From contig CAWGTN010000001.1 in the NCBI GenBank assembly GCA_963825525.1, positions 192,001 through 256,000 on the forward strand: a stretch of DNA of 64,000 nt. Direction: 5' to 3'. The DNA comes from an uncultured Chloroflexia bacterium. Its GTDB lineage: Bacteria; Chloroflexota; Limnocylindria; QHBO01. The notes below the pieces were generated by a model that saw nothing but the letters and a program-made list of their open reading frames with translations, ran no database searches and had not been told where the DNA came from. Of this stretch, positions 28,285-38,252 are shown in pieces (the stretch's first letter is position 1; each line of letters begins with the position of its first letter). Position numbers and translations under genes: made by a program.

Positions 28285-29135
28285 GGCAGCAGGTCGTCCT
28301 CGTTGTCGTCGGCCGGTGACAGGCAGCCTGGATCATTCACGTCGGGATTCAGGCCAAAGTCGATGCGGCCGTCGTCGTCGTTGTCGATGCCGTCCGAGCA
28401 TTCCGGCACCGGAGTCTGTGTCGGTTCTGGCGTCGGCGTGGGCGTCGGTGCGGGTGTCGGCGTGGCGGTGGGCGTCGACGTCGGGCGTGGCGTGGGGCTC
28501 GGGGGTGGTGGAATCGGGCTTCGGGTCGGCGTTGCGGTCGGGTTGGGCGACGCCGTCGAGCCCTGGGTCGCGGTCGGGAAGGGCGTCCTGCCCGGCGTGG
28601 GTACCGGCCCCGGAGCGAACGTGGTCCGTGCCGTGGGCGGCACGTCCGGGCGTTCGGTGGGGCGTGGGGTGGCGCTCGCGTCCGGGCTCTCGGACCCTGG
28701 CTGCTCGCCGGCCACGGTTGGCGTCGGTGCCGGTGACGTCGTTGGTTCGCCGGAACGGGCCGGGCCGCCCGCCTCCCCCAGGACGCCCTCGCCGAACGGC
28801 GGCGAGTATCCCGGATTGTTGGCGAAGTTGCCGCGCGCTCCGAGCATGCCCCCGATGCTGATGATGCCCCCGATGATCAGGATGCCGATGGCGGTGGCCC
28901 ATGCACCCGTCCGTCCGACACCGTATGGATGAACGCGGACGGTTCCGGCTGCCGGGAGAGGGTCGATGGGCTGCGGCGGCACCGCACCGACGTCAACGCT
29001 CATCAACGCGTCGATCGAGGCAGCATGCCTGAGGCAACGCTGGCAACCCCAGGCATGGAGTGCCACGTCCCGGGGAAGCTCGATCTCGCCGCCCTCGTCG
29101 AGCCAAGCGTCGAACCGATCGTGGACCTCACTCAC
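28281..29135 (-). CDS. Putative ZAS anti-sigma factor with TM, Pro/Thr linker and acidic Cys-bounded C-terminal motif
   Basis: HAWGCQRC (Hx3Cx2C); [21 protein letters not shown]; (PT)n repeats; [16 protein letters not shown]...DPGC. Confidence 0.7.
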   Translation of the reverse strand: MSEVHDRFDAWLDEGGEIELPRDVALHAWGCQRCLRHAASIDALMSVDVGAVPPQPIDPLPAAGTVRVHPYGVGRTGAWATAIGILIIGGIISIGGMLGARGNFANNPGYSPPFGEGVLGEAGGPARSGEPTTSPAPTPTVAGEQPGSESPDASATPRPTERPDVPPTARTTFAPGPVPTPGRTPFPTATQGSTASPNPTATPTRSPIPPPPSPTPRPTSTPTATPTPAPTPTPTPEPTQTPVPECSDGIDNDDDGRIDFGLNPDVNDPGCLSPADDNEDDLLP

Positions 29136-29695
29136 GCCAGTGCCCGCTCCGCAGTTGCCCGGATGCGGTCGAAGAGCCGCCCCGCCGGTTCCTCGACGGC
29201 GCGTTCAGCATGGCCCGCTGCGTAGCGGCCCCGCGCCTGTCGCAAAAGGGCGGCGAGTGCGCGGCCGTCGCGCCCGACGATCGTCGCGACGTCGCGCCGG
29301 TCCAGTCGCTCGACGATTACCGCCACCAGCGCAGCGCGCTCGAGACGGCCCAATCGGGCAAGGCCCGCACAGACCGCCTCGTCAGCCCCGAGGGGTCGGA
29401 GGCCAAGCTCCGATACCACGACATCGACGGGTCGGCGGTCGATGAACCGGGCACCGCGTACCACGTGCGCCCGGAGCCAGGCCGCGGCGCGCTCGGGGTG
29501 GCGGAGCTCTCCGACTCGGGTCGATCCCGCGCTCAGGGCGTCGGCGGACAGCCGAGCGGCGAGGACGCGATCACCAAGCGTCAGGAGCAGCGCGAACCCG
29601 TGAAGGCGCGGCCCGTGCAGCTCTTGAAACGCGGCTCGCGCGTCGTCGGCACGTGGCTCGGGCACATTCGAAGGGCGCGGGTCGGATCCCTGCAT
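29132..29695 (-). CDS. Divergent ECF-type sigma-70 factor-like protein
   Basis: ATG 29695; region-2-like AFQELHGPRLHGFALLLT.GD...AARLSADAL...AAWLRAHVVR; region-4-like LARLGRLERAALV..IVERLDRRDVATIVGRD..ALAALLRQARGRY; overlaps anti-sigma start. Confidence 0.65.
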   Translation of the reverse strand: MQGSDPRPSNVPEPRADDARAAFQELHGPRLHGFALLLTLGDRVLAARLSADALSAGSTRVGELRHPERAAAWLRAHVVRGARFIDRRPVDVVVSELGLRPLGADEAVCAGLARLGRLERAALVAVIVERLDRRDVATIVGRDGRALAALLRQARGRYAAGHAERAVEEPAGRLFDRIRATAERALA

Positions 29696-29789
29696 CGGCG
29701 TGTGGTCCTGGGTGCGGTCTGGTGGGCTCCAGTGGGGGAGTGTACCGCAACCATCCGAGCACGAATTCGCGCGCGCATGGGGTGGAAAA

Positions 29790-29840
29790 CTTGACAACGT
29801 GGTAGAATTGGCTTCAGCTACTTGACAAACCCCTTGACAA
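29790..29840 (+). repeat. Three CTTGACAA direct repeats plus extended -10 (TGGTAGAAT) in the sigma/dnaG divergent region
   Basis: CTTGACAA at 29790, 29821 and 29833; TGnTAGAAT at 29800-29808. Confidence 0.7.
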
Positions 29841-29871
29841 CGCGAGCGGAGCTCGCGCGAGGTCACCTTCG

Positions 29872-31695
29872 ATCAGCACATCCTCAGGCATCGTCGCCGA
29901 GATCAAGTCGAAGCTGCCGGTCGCCGACATCGTCGGCGAGACCGTTGCACTCAAGCGAGCCGGGACCGTCCATAAGGGCCTGTGCCCGTTCCACGCCGAG
30001 AAGACGCCGTCGTTCATCGTGACGCCGGATCGGGAGACGTGGCACTGCTTCGGATGCGGCGAGCACGGCGACATCTTCACCTTCCTCATGCGCCGGGACG
30101 GCCTGGATTTCCGCGAGGCGCTCACGCGCCTGGCCGAGAAGGCCGGCGTCGAGCTCAGCGAGCAGTCGGCGCGCGAGGACCGACAGAAGCGACGGCTTCG
30201 GGAGGCCCTCGAGGCGGCAATCGCGTGGTACCGCGAGGTGCTGTTGCAGGCTGCCCAGGCCGAGCGCGCGCGCGCCTACCTGGCCGAGCGAGAGCTGTCG
30301 GAGTCCACCCTCGAGCAGTTCGGGATCGGCTACGCGCCGAACACCTGGGAAGCGCTCTCGAAGCGACTGCGCGCCAAGGGCTTCACCGACGCGGAGCTCA
30401 TCGGCGCCGGGCTGGCCAGCCAGTCCAATCGTGGCGGCGTGTACGACAGGTTCCGCGGGCGGATCATCATCCCGATCCGTGATGCATCCGGCCGCCCCAT
30501 CGGCCTCGGGGGCAGGATCCTTCCGGATGCCGAGGGCCCGAAGTACCTGAACTCACCGGCGACTCAGCTCTTCGACAAGAGCCGGACGCTATACGGGATC
30601 GACCTCGCCAAGGCGGCAATCCGCCGCGAAAAGCTGGCGGTCATCGTGGAGGGCTACACGGATGTCATGGCCGCTCACCAGGCGGGATTCAAGAACGTCG
30701 TCGCAAGCCTGGGCACGGCCCTGACGCAGGGCCAGGTCGAGCTGGCCAACCGTTATGCCGATGCGGTCGCCCTGGCCTACGACGTCGACCTCGCCGGCGA
30801 GACGGCAACCCAGCGAGGGCTGCTCGAGGAGCTCGGACCGGTGGTGAGCAAGGTGCGCGTCATCCGCATCCCGGCCGGCAAGGACCCCGACGAATTCATT
30901 CGAACCGACGCCGACGGCTGGCGTCGCGCGGTTGCCGATGCGGCCGAGCTGCTGCCCTACTTCCTTCAGAGGGCCGCCGGTGAGGTCGACATGCGCCAGG
31001 CGCAGGGCCGCAGCGGCTACACCCGACGCATGCTCGACCTGCTCCGTCGTCTGCCCGATCGTGTCGAGCAGGACTCGTACGTGCCTCAGCTGGCACAGCT
31101 GGCGAGCATCGACGAGCGAGTTCTGCGTGACGAGCTGGCGCGAGGCGAACGCCCAATCCCGTTGAGGCCGGTCGTCGAGGCTTCGTCCGATCCGGGGGAG
31201 GAGCAGAGGATCACGCCGCTCGAGCGCCAGGCGCTGACCCTTCTGCTCCTGAACCCGACGCTCGCCGGCGAGCTCGGTGAGCACGAGCGCCTTCCGTTCC
31301 GCGACGAGGCCGCCCAGGCGCTCGGTGAGGCATGGCGCAGCGCCGTGGTGTCCGGGACGAAGCCTGACCTCGAACAGTTCGTGGCGGGCCTTGACCCGGC
31401 CACGGCAGACCTGGCGCGCAGCATGCTGGCATCGGCCAGGGCCAGGGGCGCGCGCCCGGACACGACGAGCGACCGCGAGGAGCTGCGCGTCTGCCTTGTG
31501 CGTCTGCGCGTCCAGCGAGCCGAGGAAGGGCTCGATGACCTCCAGGCCCTGGTTCGCGCCGCCTCGGAGGATGGCGCATTGGATGACATTCGTGAGCTGG
31601 AGCTGCGGTTCCAGGAGCTGACGCGGGAACGCGAGCAGCTGGTGAGAACGATCAACAACAGGCCGGCCGAGCTGGCTGGCGAAAGGAGAAGCTGA
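29872..31695 (+). CDS. dnaG: DNA primase; apparent non-canonical ATC start
   Basis: Zinc finger [19 protein letters not shown] begins upstream of the ORF-track start; [29 protein letters not shown] and AYDVD; in-frame TAG at 29803 with no ATG/GTG/TTG before the Zn finger. Confidence 0.95.
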   Translation: MSTSSGIVAEIKSKLPVADIVGETVALKRAGTVHKGLCPFHAEKTPSFIVTPDRETWHCFGCGEHGDIFTFLMRRDGLDFREALTRLAEKAGVELSEQSAREDRQKRRLREALEAAIAWYREVLLQAAQAERARAYLAERELSESTLEQFGIGYAPNTWEALSKRLRAKGFTDAELIGAGLASQSNRGGVYDRFRGRIIIPIRDASGRPIGLGGRILPDAEGPKYLNSPATQLFDKSRTLYGIDLAKAAIRREKLAVIVEGYTDVMAAHQAGFKNVVASLGTALTQGQVELANRYADAVALAYDVDLAGETATQRGLLEELGPVVSKVRVIRIPAGKDPDEFIRTDADGWRRAVADAAELLPYFLQRAAGEVDMRQAQGRSGYTRRMLDLLRRLPDRVEQDSYVPQLAQLASIDERVLRDELARGERPIPLRPVVEASSDPGEEQRITPLERQALTLLLLNPTLAGELGEHERLPFRDEAAQALGEAWRSAVVSGTKPDLEQFVAGLDPATADLARSMLASARARGARPDTTSDREELRVCLVRLRVQRAEEGLDDLQALVRAASEDGALDDIRELELRFQELTREREQLVRTINNRPAELAGERRS

Positions 31696-31697
31696 GG

Positions 31698-33812
31698 GTG
31701 GCAACCAAGTCCACGACCCGGAAGGCCGATGACAAGCCGATGAAGACGGCAAAGGCGACCAAGCCGGTGGTAAAGGCGGTCGCGCCGAAGAAGGCCGCGG
31801 CGAAGGTGACGCCGAAGTCCGCCGCCAGCCCGAAGGTCGCAGCGGCTCGCACGCCGGCCAGCAAGGCGCCGGTCACGAAGGCCAAGGCCAAGGCGCCGGC
31901 GAAGCCATCCGCGCCGAAGGCAACGGGTGGGTCGAAGCGCGAACCGTCGAAGGCATCGCCGGCCGCAGCATCGGCCAAGGCGAAGCTCGTCGCCGCCAGC
32001 CGGGCGGCCGGCACCAAGCGGTCGGCTGCGCCGAAGAACGGGGATGGGGCGGGGGACGGCGAGGCGCGCGGCGCCATGGTCGCGGACCTGATCAAGCGGG
32101 GCCAGGAAGAGGGCTTCATCACCCACGACCAGATCCTCGAGGCCATCCCGTCCCCGGAGGACCAGATGACCGCCGTCGAGGAGCTGTATGCGGCTGCCGA
32201 GGAGGCGGGCGTCGAGGTGCTCGATGCCGAGAACCAGCCCACGCTGCTCGGCGAGCCTGACGAACCCGATGCGCCCGCTCCGGCGAAGACCACGAGCAAG
32301 ACGGCCAAGAGCAAGGCGAGCGAGGAGGACCTCGAGGCGCTGGCCGCGGATCTCATCGGGATCGATGACCCGGTCCGCATGTACCTCAAGGAGATCGGCA
32401 AGGTAGCGCTCCTCACGGCCGAAGAGGAAGTGGTCCTGGCCAAGGCCATCGAGCTCGGCGAGCTCGCGGTCGAAGACCCGGCCCGTGCCCTCGTCAACCT
32501 CTACACCTGGGTGACCCTCGATTCCGAGCCGAAGGCCCGGAGCATGGCCGCCATGCGCGCGTTCGATCTCCCGCGTGAGGCACCGCGCGTGACGCGCGAC
32601 GCCATCGACTGGTGGGTCGGGCGCAAGCGCAAGACGATCGAAGTGCCGCCCATCAAGCTGTCAAAGGCCCGCAAGGCGACGAACCTCGACGACGAGGCGC
32701 GCACTCGGCTGATGGAGGCCGAATCGATCCTCAAGGTCCTGGCATCGGACGGATCGCAGGGTCTGAAGGACGCGGTGCTCTTCGGCTCAACGTATCGATT
32801 CCGCTCGCTGAGCCACGCTGGCGCAGCCGAGCTCGTGGAGCTCGAGCGATGGGCACGTGAGACCGCGCAGATGATCGTGGGCGAGTACATCACCTCGGGG
32901 CACGACGCCGAGTACCTGCTGAGCCTCGGTTACGACCCGACGATCCCGCTCGACGTGCCGCTCGAGAAGCGGACCGGACGTCTGGTCGAGCAGTCGACCG
33001 ATGCCCGCAAGCGTCTGACCGAGGCCAACCTGCGCCTCGTGGTCAGCATCGCCAAGAAGTACATCGGTCGCGGCATGAGCTTCCTGGACCTGATCCAGGA
33101 GGGGAACATCGGCCTCATCCGGGCAGTCGAGAAGTTCGACTACGAGAAGGGCTTCAAGTTCAGCACGTACGCCACGTGGTGGATCCGCCAGGCGATCACC
33201 CGCGCCATCGCCGACCAGGCGCGCACCATCCGCATCCCGGTTCACATGGTCGAGACCATCAACCGATTGATCCGGGTCAGCCGCACCCTGCTCCAGGAGC
33301 TCGGTCGCGAGCCGAACGTGGAGGAGATCGCCCGCCGCATGAGCCGCGACGAGATCATCCGCGAGCTGCGTGACAAGCTCCAGAGAGAGCCGACCGAGGG
33401 GGAGGTCGACGTCCGCGTGGCCGAGGGCCCGCAGACCGTCTCGCCGGAGAAGGTGCGCGAGATCATGAAGGTCAGCCAGGAGCCGGTGAGCCTCGAGACG
33501 CCGATCGGCGAGGAAGAGGACAGCCATCTTGGCGACTTCATCCCGGACCTTGCGTCAGTGGCACCGGCCGATGCGGCCAGCCACCAGCTCCTCAAGGAGC
33601 AGGTGGAGGGCGTGCTCGACTCGCTCACCCCGCGCGAGCGGCGCGTGCTCCAGCTCCGCTTCGGACTCGAGGATGGGCGGTCACGGACGCTCGAGGAAGT
33701 CGGTCGCGACTTCAATGTGACCCGCGAGCGCATCCGTCAGATCGAGGCCAAGGCACTGCGCAAGCTGCGCCACCCGAGCCGAAGCCGGAAGCTCAAGGAC
33801 TACCTGGAGTAA
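31698..33812 (+). CDS. rpoD: Primary sigma factor (sigma-70) with Lys/Ala-rich N-terminus and lineage-specific insertions
   Basis: [81 protein letters not shown]. Confidence 0.97.
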   Translation: MATKSTTRKADDKPMKTAKATKPVVKAVAPKKAAAKVTPKSAASPKVAAARTPASKAPVTKAKAKAPAKPSAPKATGGSKREPSKASPAAASAKAKLVAASRAAGTKRSAAPKNGDGAGDGEARGAMVADLIKRGQEEGFITHDQILEAIPSPEDQMTAVEELYAAAEEAGVEVLDAENQPTLLGEPDEPDAPAPAKTTSKTAKSKASEEDLEALAADLIGIDDPVRMYLKEIGKVALLTAEEEVVLAKAIELGELAVEDPARALVNLYTWVTLDSEPKARSMAAMRAFDLPREAPRVTRDAIDWWVGRKRKTIEVPPIKLSKARKATNLDDEARTRLMEAESILKVLASDGSQGLKDAVLFGSTYRFRSLSHAGAAELVELERWARETAQMIVGEYITSGHDAEYLLSLGYDPTIPLDVPLEKRTGRLVEQSTDARKRLTEANLRLVVSIAKKYIGRGMSFLDLIQEGNIGLIRAVEKFDYEKGFKFSTYATWWIRQAITRAIADQARTIRIPVHMVETINRLIRVSRTLLQELGREPNVEEIARRMSRDEIIRELRDKLQREPTEGEVDVRVAEGPQTVSPEKVREIMKVSQEPVSLETPIGEEEDSHLGDFIPDLASVAPADAASHQLLKEQVEGVLDSLTPRERRVLQLRFGLEDGRSRTLEEVGRDFNVTRERIRQIEAKALRKLRHPSRSRKLKDYLE

Positions 33813-33915
33813 CGCCGCGCGGCCACGGAGACGTCGGACGCCGCCGGGTCGAGTGGTACCGAACCCGGACGAATGGACGATGGCATCGTGACCCGCCACC
33901 CGCCACGATCGGTTC

Positions 33916-35805
33916 GTGCGACTCACGCTCGACCGCCGACCCCTGCGCCGCGCCCTGCTCGGCGGGGTGATCGGCCTTGCGGTGCTCGCGATGCTCATCG
34001 GCGCCGTGCTCTCCATCGTCATCGGTGGCTCTCTTGGCCAGATGCACCAGTCCATCTCGCGTGCCGACGAGCTGGCCGATGAGGCGGCCAACCTGCGGGC
34101 AGCCCTCCTGGACCAGGAGACCGGGCTGCGGGGTTACCAGCTCACCGGTGACGACGCGTTCCTGCAGCCGTATCGCGTCGGCCTGCGCGCCGAGCAGGGC
34201 GCGCTCGATGGGCTGCTGCTGAACGCGAAGGGCGAAGGGCTGGTGCTGGCCGTTCGCGAGGTCACCCAGAAGGCGGAGGAGTGGCGGGCCTCGTGGGTCA
34301 TACCCCAGCTGGCGCTCGTCGCGACTGACGATCTCGACGCCGTGGCCGAGCAGGTCGGCACCGGTGAAGGGAAGCGAAGATTCGAGGCCATTCGTGGCGC
34401 GCTCGGTCGCGTGGACCTCGCGATCGGCGAGATCCGATCATCGGCTCTCGCCTCGGTCGACCAGGTGCAGCGGCTCATGCTGCTGCTCATCGGCAGTGCG
34501 GTCGTGATCTTCGCTTCGGCGCTCGGCGCCGGGGGATGGTGGATGTTCCGACGCATTGCGGCTCCGCTCGATCGACTCGTCGGCACTGCCGAGGCCCTCG
34601 AGCGTGGAGCCGAGGTGAAGTTCGTGGCAGCACGTGACGACGAGCTCGGCACGCTGGCGGAGACGCTGGAACGGCTGCAGCAGACCATCAAGCAGCGATA
34701 CGAGACGGCAGCCGAGCTGGCCGATCGATCGACCGTGTTCAACCGGCTCTCGGAGCTGATCAGCTATGCCGCCGACGAGGCCGCGATCATCCGCGCCGGC
34801 AGCGCCGCCTTCGAGCGGCTCGTCCCCAATCGCGGGGGCGAGGTGCTGCTCGTGAATCCGTCCTTCGACCAGCTTCACGTCAACTCGGTATGGGGCGACA
34901 CGAAGGCCCCGGCGGGGGGACGTCTCGCGGTCGATCGCCCGACGGCGTGCCCGGGCATTCGTCGCAACACCGTCCACCTGACCCGATCGGCCCTCGATGC
35001 CTTCTCGCTGACCTGTGAGGTCCACCCGCTGCGCAGCGGCTCGCTGATCTGCGTGCCGATGGTGTCGCTCAACGAGATCATGGGTGTCATCCACCTCGAG
35101 CGGGAAGAGGAGGACGCCTTCGATGACGAGGACCTCCGCTCCGCCAGTCGGGTGGCGGAGCACATTGCCCTGGCGATGGCGAACCTGCGGCTGGTTCGGC
35201 GCATGGAGGCGCAGGCGATGACCGATCCGCTGACCGGACTCGCCAACGCGCGGTTCTTCGACCCGCTGGTCGAGCGCGAGCTCGCGAGCACGATCCGGGA
35301 GGGTCGACCGGTCGGGTTGATCATGCTCGACATCGACCACTTCAAGCAGTTCAACGACAGCCATGGCCACCCCGCCGGCGACGAGGCACTCCGGGCGTTC
35401 GCCCGCGCCGTTCGCGGCAGCCTTCGCGAGTCGGATACGGCAGCCCGCTACGGGGGCGAGGAATTCGCAATCCTCCTGCGGAACACCGACCTGCAGGGGG
35501 CCCAGGCCGTGGCAGAGAAACTGCGCAGCGCGATCGAGCTGACGCCGATCGAGATCGGCCCGAACCGCTTCGCCAGGATCAGCGCGTCGCTCGGCGTCGC
35601 CGCCTCGGATGTCCACGGGACCGACCGGATGCAGCTGATGCGGCTCGCTGATGGTGCGCTGTACGACGCAAAGGGTGATGGGCGCAACCGGGTCGTGGCG
35701 GCCCCCGGGGCCGTGCCAGGGCAGGACGCGTCTGGCGCCCGGCCCACCCGCCTCAAGCCGCGAGCGAAACCCGTACGCGTCCGCGCGGCGGCCCGCGGCC
35801 GATAG
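33916..35805 (+). CDS. Diguanylate cyclase (TM-CHASE3-TM-HAMP-GAF-GGDEF)
   Basis: DQETGLRGYQLTGD..FLQPY (CHASE3); RDDELGTLA (HAMP); GAF; TDPLTGLAN, DIDHFKQFND.HGH..GD, I-site RESD and active RYGGEEF. Confidence 0.93.
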   Translation: MRLTLDRRPLRRALLGGVIGLAVLAMLIGAVLSIVIGGSLGQMHQSISRADELADEAANLRAALLDQETGLRGYQLTGDDAFLQPYRVGLRAEQGALDGLLLNAKGEGLVLAVREVTQKAEEWRASWVIPQLALVATDDLDAVAEQVGTGEGKRRFEAIRGALGRVDLAIGEIRSSALASVDQVQRLMLLLIGSAVVIFASALGAGGWWMFRRIAAPLDRLVGTAEALERGAEVKFVAARDDELGTLAETLERLQQTIKQRYETAAELADRSTVFNRLSELISYAADEAAIIRAGSAAFERLVPNRGGEVLLVNPSFDQLHVNSVWGDTKAPAGGRLAVDRPTACPGIRRNTVHLTRSALDAFSLTCEVHPLRSGSLICVPMVSLNEIMGVIHLEREEEDAFDDEDLRSASRVAEHIALAMANLRLVRRMEAQAMTDPLTGLANARFFDPLVERELASTIREGRPVGLIMLDIDHFKQFNDSHGHPAGDEALRAFARAVRGSLRESDTAARYGGEEFAILLRNTDLQGAQAVAEKLRSAIELTPIEIGPNRFARISASLGVAASDVHGTDRMQLMRLADGALYDAKGDGRNRVVAAPGAVPGQDASGARPTRLKPRAKPVRVRAAARGR

Positions 35806-35810
35806 CGACT

Positions 35811-35840
35811 TTGACCCGCCTGAAGATGCGCCCGTATAAT
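35811..35840 (+). promoter_or_regulatory. Sigma-70 promoter of tRNA-Asn
   Basis: TTGACC-N18-TATAAT. Confidence 0.8.
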
Positions 35841-35877
35841 CCGGACCCGATCTGAGGCTCCGCCTCGCACTCTTCGT

Positions 35878-35952
35878 TCCGGCGTAGCTCAGTGGTAGAG
35901 CGGGCGGCTGTTAACCGCTTGGTCGTAGGTTCGAGTCCTACCGCCGGAGCCA
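35878..35952 (+). tRNA. tRNA-Asn (GTT)
   Basis: TCCGGCG/CGCCGGA acceptor stem, TAGCTCAGTGGTAGAGC D-arm, anticodon loop CTGTTAA, GTTCGAGTCC T-arm, encoded CCA. Confidence 0.97.
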
Positions 35953-36089
35953 CGTTCACCCCTGATCGGGCCGAGCCTCGGGCGCCCCTACCGCGGTACA
36001 CCCGTGCGCTGCGTCACGCGGCCACCTTCGACGACCGATGAGCTTCGGACGACTGCGCTGTCTACAGGACATCAGCAGAGGACAGGACG

Positions 36090-37448
36090 ATGCCCGTGAC
36101 GATCCCAGGGTTCGAGGGAGCGCTGTTCGGCCCAGGTGACGACGCCTATGACGCTCATCGCGAGGTCTGGAATGCGATGGTCGATCGCCGCCCGGCCGTG
36201 ATCGCGCGCTGCACGAGCGCGGCCGACGTGGCGGCCGCAATCCGCCATGCGCGCGCTGCCGGCCTCGAGATCGGGGTCAAGTGTGGAGGCCATAGCGTGC
36301 TCGGCCTGTCGGTTCCGCACGACGGCCTGATGATCGACCTGACGCCGATGGCAGGCGTGCGCATCGACCCGCAGGCCAGACGGGCGATTGTCGGGGGCGG
36401 TGCGCTGCTTCGGTTCCTCGATGAGGCGTCCCAGGCACACGGCCTGGCGACCACTGCCGGCAATGTGTCGCACACGGGCGTCGGCGGGCTCACGTTGGGC
36501 GGCGGAATGGGTTGGCTGGCACGCCAGTGCGGCCTGGCGTGCGACAACGTCGAGGCCTACACGCTGGTGACTGCCGACGGGACGGTTCTCCGTGCCACCG
36601 CCGACCAACACCCTGATCTGTTCTGGGGGCTCCGGGGCGGCGGCGGCAATTTCGGCGTCGTCACCGAGTTCGCGTTTCGGCTCCACCCGGTCGCCGGCCA
36701 GACCACGGTCGTCGAGCTCGCCTTCGACGCGGACGACGCCTACGAACCGATGCGACGCTGGCGGGACCTGTTGCCCGATGCTCCCCGCCAGGCGACGCTG
36801 ACCGCCGACGCGGTCACCCGGGGTGGGAGGCCGAGCGTCGTCATCGGGTTCGTCTGGGTCGGGGATCCGGACGGTGCGCGCAGCTATGCGCGGACGATGG
36901 GAGCGATCGGCTCAGCTCGCGACGCATCCATCCACGAGATGACCTACCTCGAGCTGCAGTCGGGCGGCGACGCCGGGCACCATCCCGGCAAGCGGCGCTA
37001 CGCGGCTGGCCACTACCTGCGCGAGCTCAGCGACGCCGCGATCGGAGCCTTCCTGGCGCGCGGCGTCGACCCGCGCAGCGCCGACCGGGGTGCCGCGCCG
37101 GGCGGCGGCTTTCAAGCCTATGGTGGTGCCATCGCCGATGTGGCGAACGACGACTCGGCCTTCAGTCACCGCGACGCGGTGGTCGAGTTCTTCGCCGGGC
37201 ATTCGTGGATCGATCCCGCAGAAGACGAGCAACGAATGTCATCTGCGCGTGCGTTCGGTGCCGCCCTCGCCCCCTTCGCGAGCGGCGTGTACGTCAACGC
37301 ACTGTCGGATGAGGGTCAGGAGGGTGTGCGGCGAGCCTATGGCGACGCCAAGTTGGCCCGCCTGGCCGAGCTGAAGGGCCGATACGACCCGGAGAACATC
37401 TTCCACCTCAACCAGAACATCCTGCCCGCTCGCGGGACGGCTGGTTGA
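36090..37448 (+). CDS. FAD-binding oxidoreductase (VAO/berberine-bridge family)
   Basis: WNAMVDRRPAVIARC, GGHS, TGVGGLTLGGGMGW, DLFWGLRGGGGNFGVVT, YVN...LKGRYDPENIFHLNQNI. Confidence 0.93.
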   Translation: MPVTIPGFEGALFGPGDDAYDAHREVWNAMVDRRPAVIARCTSAADVAAAIRHARAAGLEIGVKCGGHSVLGLSVPHDGLMIDLTPMAGVRIDPQARRAIVGGGALLRFLDEASQAHGLATTAGNVSHTGVGGLTLGGGMGWLARQCGLACDNVEAYTLVTADGTVLRATADQHPDLFWGLRGGGGNFGVVTEFAFRLHPVAGQTTVVELAFDADDAYEPMRRWRDLLPDAPRQATLTADAVTRGGRPSVVIGFVWVGDPDGARSYARTMGAIGSARDASIHEMTYLELQSGGDAGHHPGKRRYAAGHYLRELSDAAIGAFLARGVDPRSADRGAAPGGGFQAYGGAIADVANDDSAFSHRDAVVEFFAGHSWIDPAEDEQRMSSARAFGAALAPFASGVYVNALSDEGQEGVRRAYGDAKLARLAELKGRYDPENIFHLNQNILPARGTAG

Positions 37449-37529
37449 AACCGCGGAACGGCGCGCCGGCGGCACGGATGGACAACATGCGCGGAAACCT
37501 TTCACGGGGCTCGTGACGTCAGGTCCCGC

Positions 37530-37919
37530 ATGGTGTCGTCACTTCGCCTCGTGGCCCTTGCCATTGTCCTGGCCGCGTGCCAGCAGCCGGCGAGCTCATC
37601 GGCCGCCCTGGTCAGGGTCGATGGAGTAGTCGAGGCCGGGCCGGTCTGTCCGGTCGAGCGAGTCCCGCCCGATCCGGCATGCGCCCCGCGCGCGGTAGGC
37701 GGAGCGGAGATCGTGGTGGTGGCGGGGGACGGGTCCGTTGTCGCCCGGGTATTGAGCGACGAGGACGGTGCGTTCGTGGTCGAGGTGGTGCCGGGCAGGT
37801 ATGACCTGGCGGGGCAGCCCGTCGAGGGCCTGATGGGGGTACCGGCGCCCGTCAGCATCGACGTTGGACCCGCTGGCGTCGGCGGAATCGTGCTCGCCTA
37901 CGACACCGGGATTCGATGA
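37530..37919 (+). CDS. Lipoprotein with prealbumin/carboxypeptidase-regulatory-like beta domain
   Basis: Lipobox LAAC; AGPVCPVE...CAPR; SDEDGAFVVEVVPGRY; YDTGIR. Confidence 0.8.
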   Translation: MVSSLRLVALAIVLAACQQPASSSAALVRVDGVVEAGPVCPVERVPPDPACAPRAVGGAEIVVVAGDGSVVARVLSDEDGAFVVEVVPGRYDLAGQPVEGLMGVPAPVSIDVGPAGVGGIVLAYDTGIR

Positions 37920-37959
37920 GGGGCTAACGCTGGCGACGTGCCGGCGTTACTACCAATGA

Positions 37960-38015
37960 GCCGGGCACTGCGTTGGCGGCTCTGCCGCCAGGGCAGCCGC
38001 AGTGTCCGGCGTTTT
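37960..38015 (+). terminator. Long hairpin plus U-tract between convergent genes
   Basis: GCCGGGCACTGCG (37960-37972) pairs with CGCAGTGTCCGGC (37998-38010), followed by GTTTT; a second hairpin at 37925-37949. Confidence 0.55.
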
Positions 38016-38042
38016 CGTGCCCGGATTCGCCGATCGAGAACG

Positions 38043-38252
38043 TCAGGACTCTCGTTCGTGCCAATCGGGATCGACGGGCGCCGTCGGCCCGACATCGCCG
38101 ACGGTGGGAACCAGGATCCAGCCCATCAACGCCATCGCGATCGCGAAGATCACGAGCAGCGCAGCCCCTGCGGCCTCGTACGAGAGGAACCAGTAGGCAA
38201 CGCCGACGGCGAAGATCACGATCGGAATCGACATGTACTTCACGAGGGTCAT
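38043..38252 (-). CDS. Small 2-TM membrane protein, CtaF (cytochrome c oxidase subunit IV)-like N-half
   Basis: MTLVKYMSIPIVIFAVGVAYWFLSYEAAGAALLVIFAIAMALMGWILV; -10 TATCAT 6 nt before ATG. Confidence 0.65.
   Translation of the reverse strand: MTLVKYMSIPIVIFAVGVAYWFLSYEAAGAALLVIFAIAMALMGWILVPTVGDVGPTAPVDPDWHERES

Noticed and set aside
28410-28740. Repetitive GGCGTCGGT/GGCGTGGG tract resembling a tandem repeat or CRISPR
   Set aside because: It encodes the Pro/Thr linker of the anti-sigma-like protein; no repeat-spacer structure
29822-30022. TTG-started ORF that might frameshift into dnaG
   Set aside because: No slippery site or SD; the ATC start with SD explains the primase N-terminus more simply
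31720-32040. Low-complexity AAG/GCG repeats
   Set aside because: Lys/Ala-rich N-terminus of RpoD, in frame
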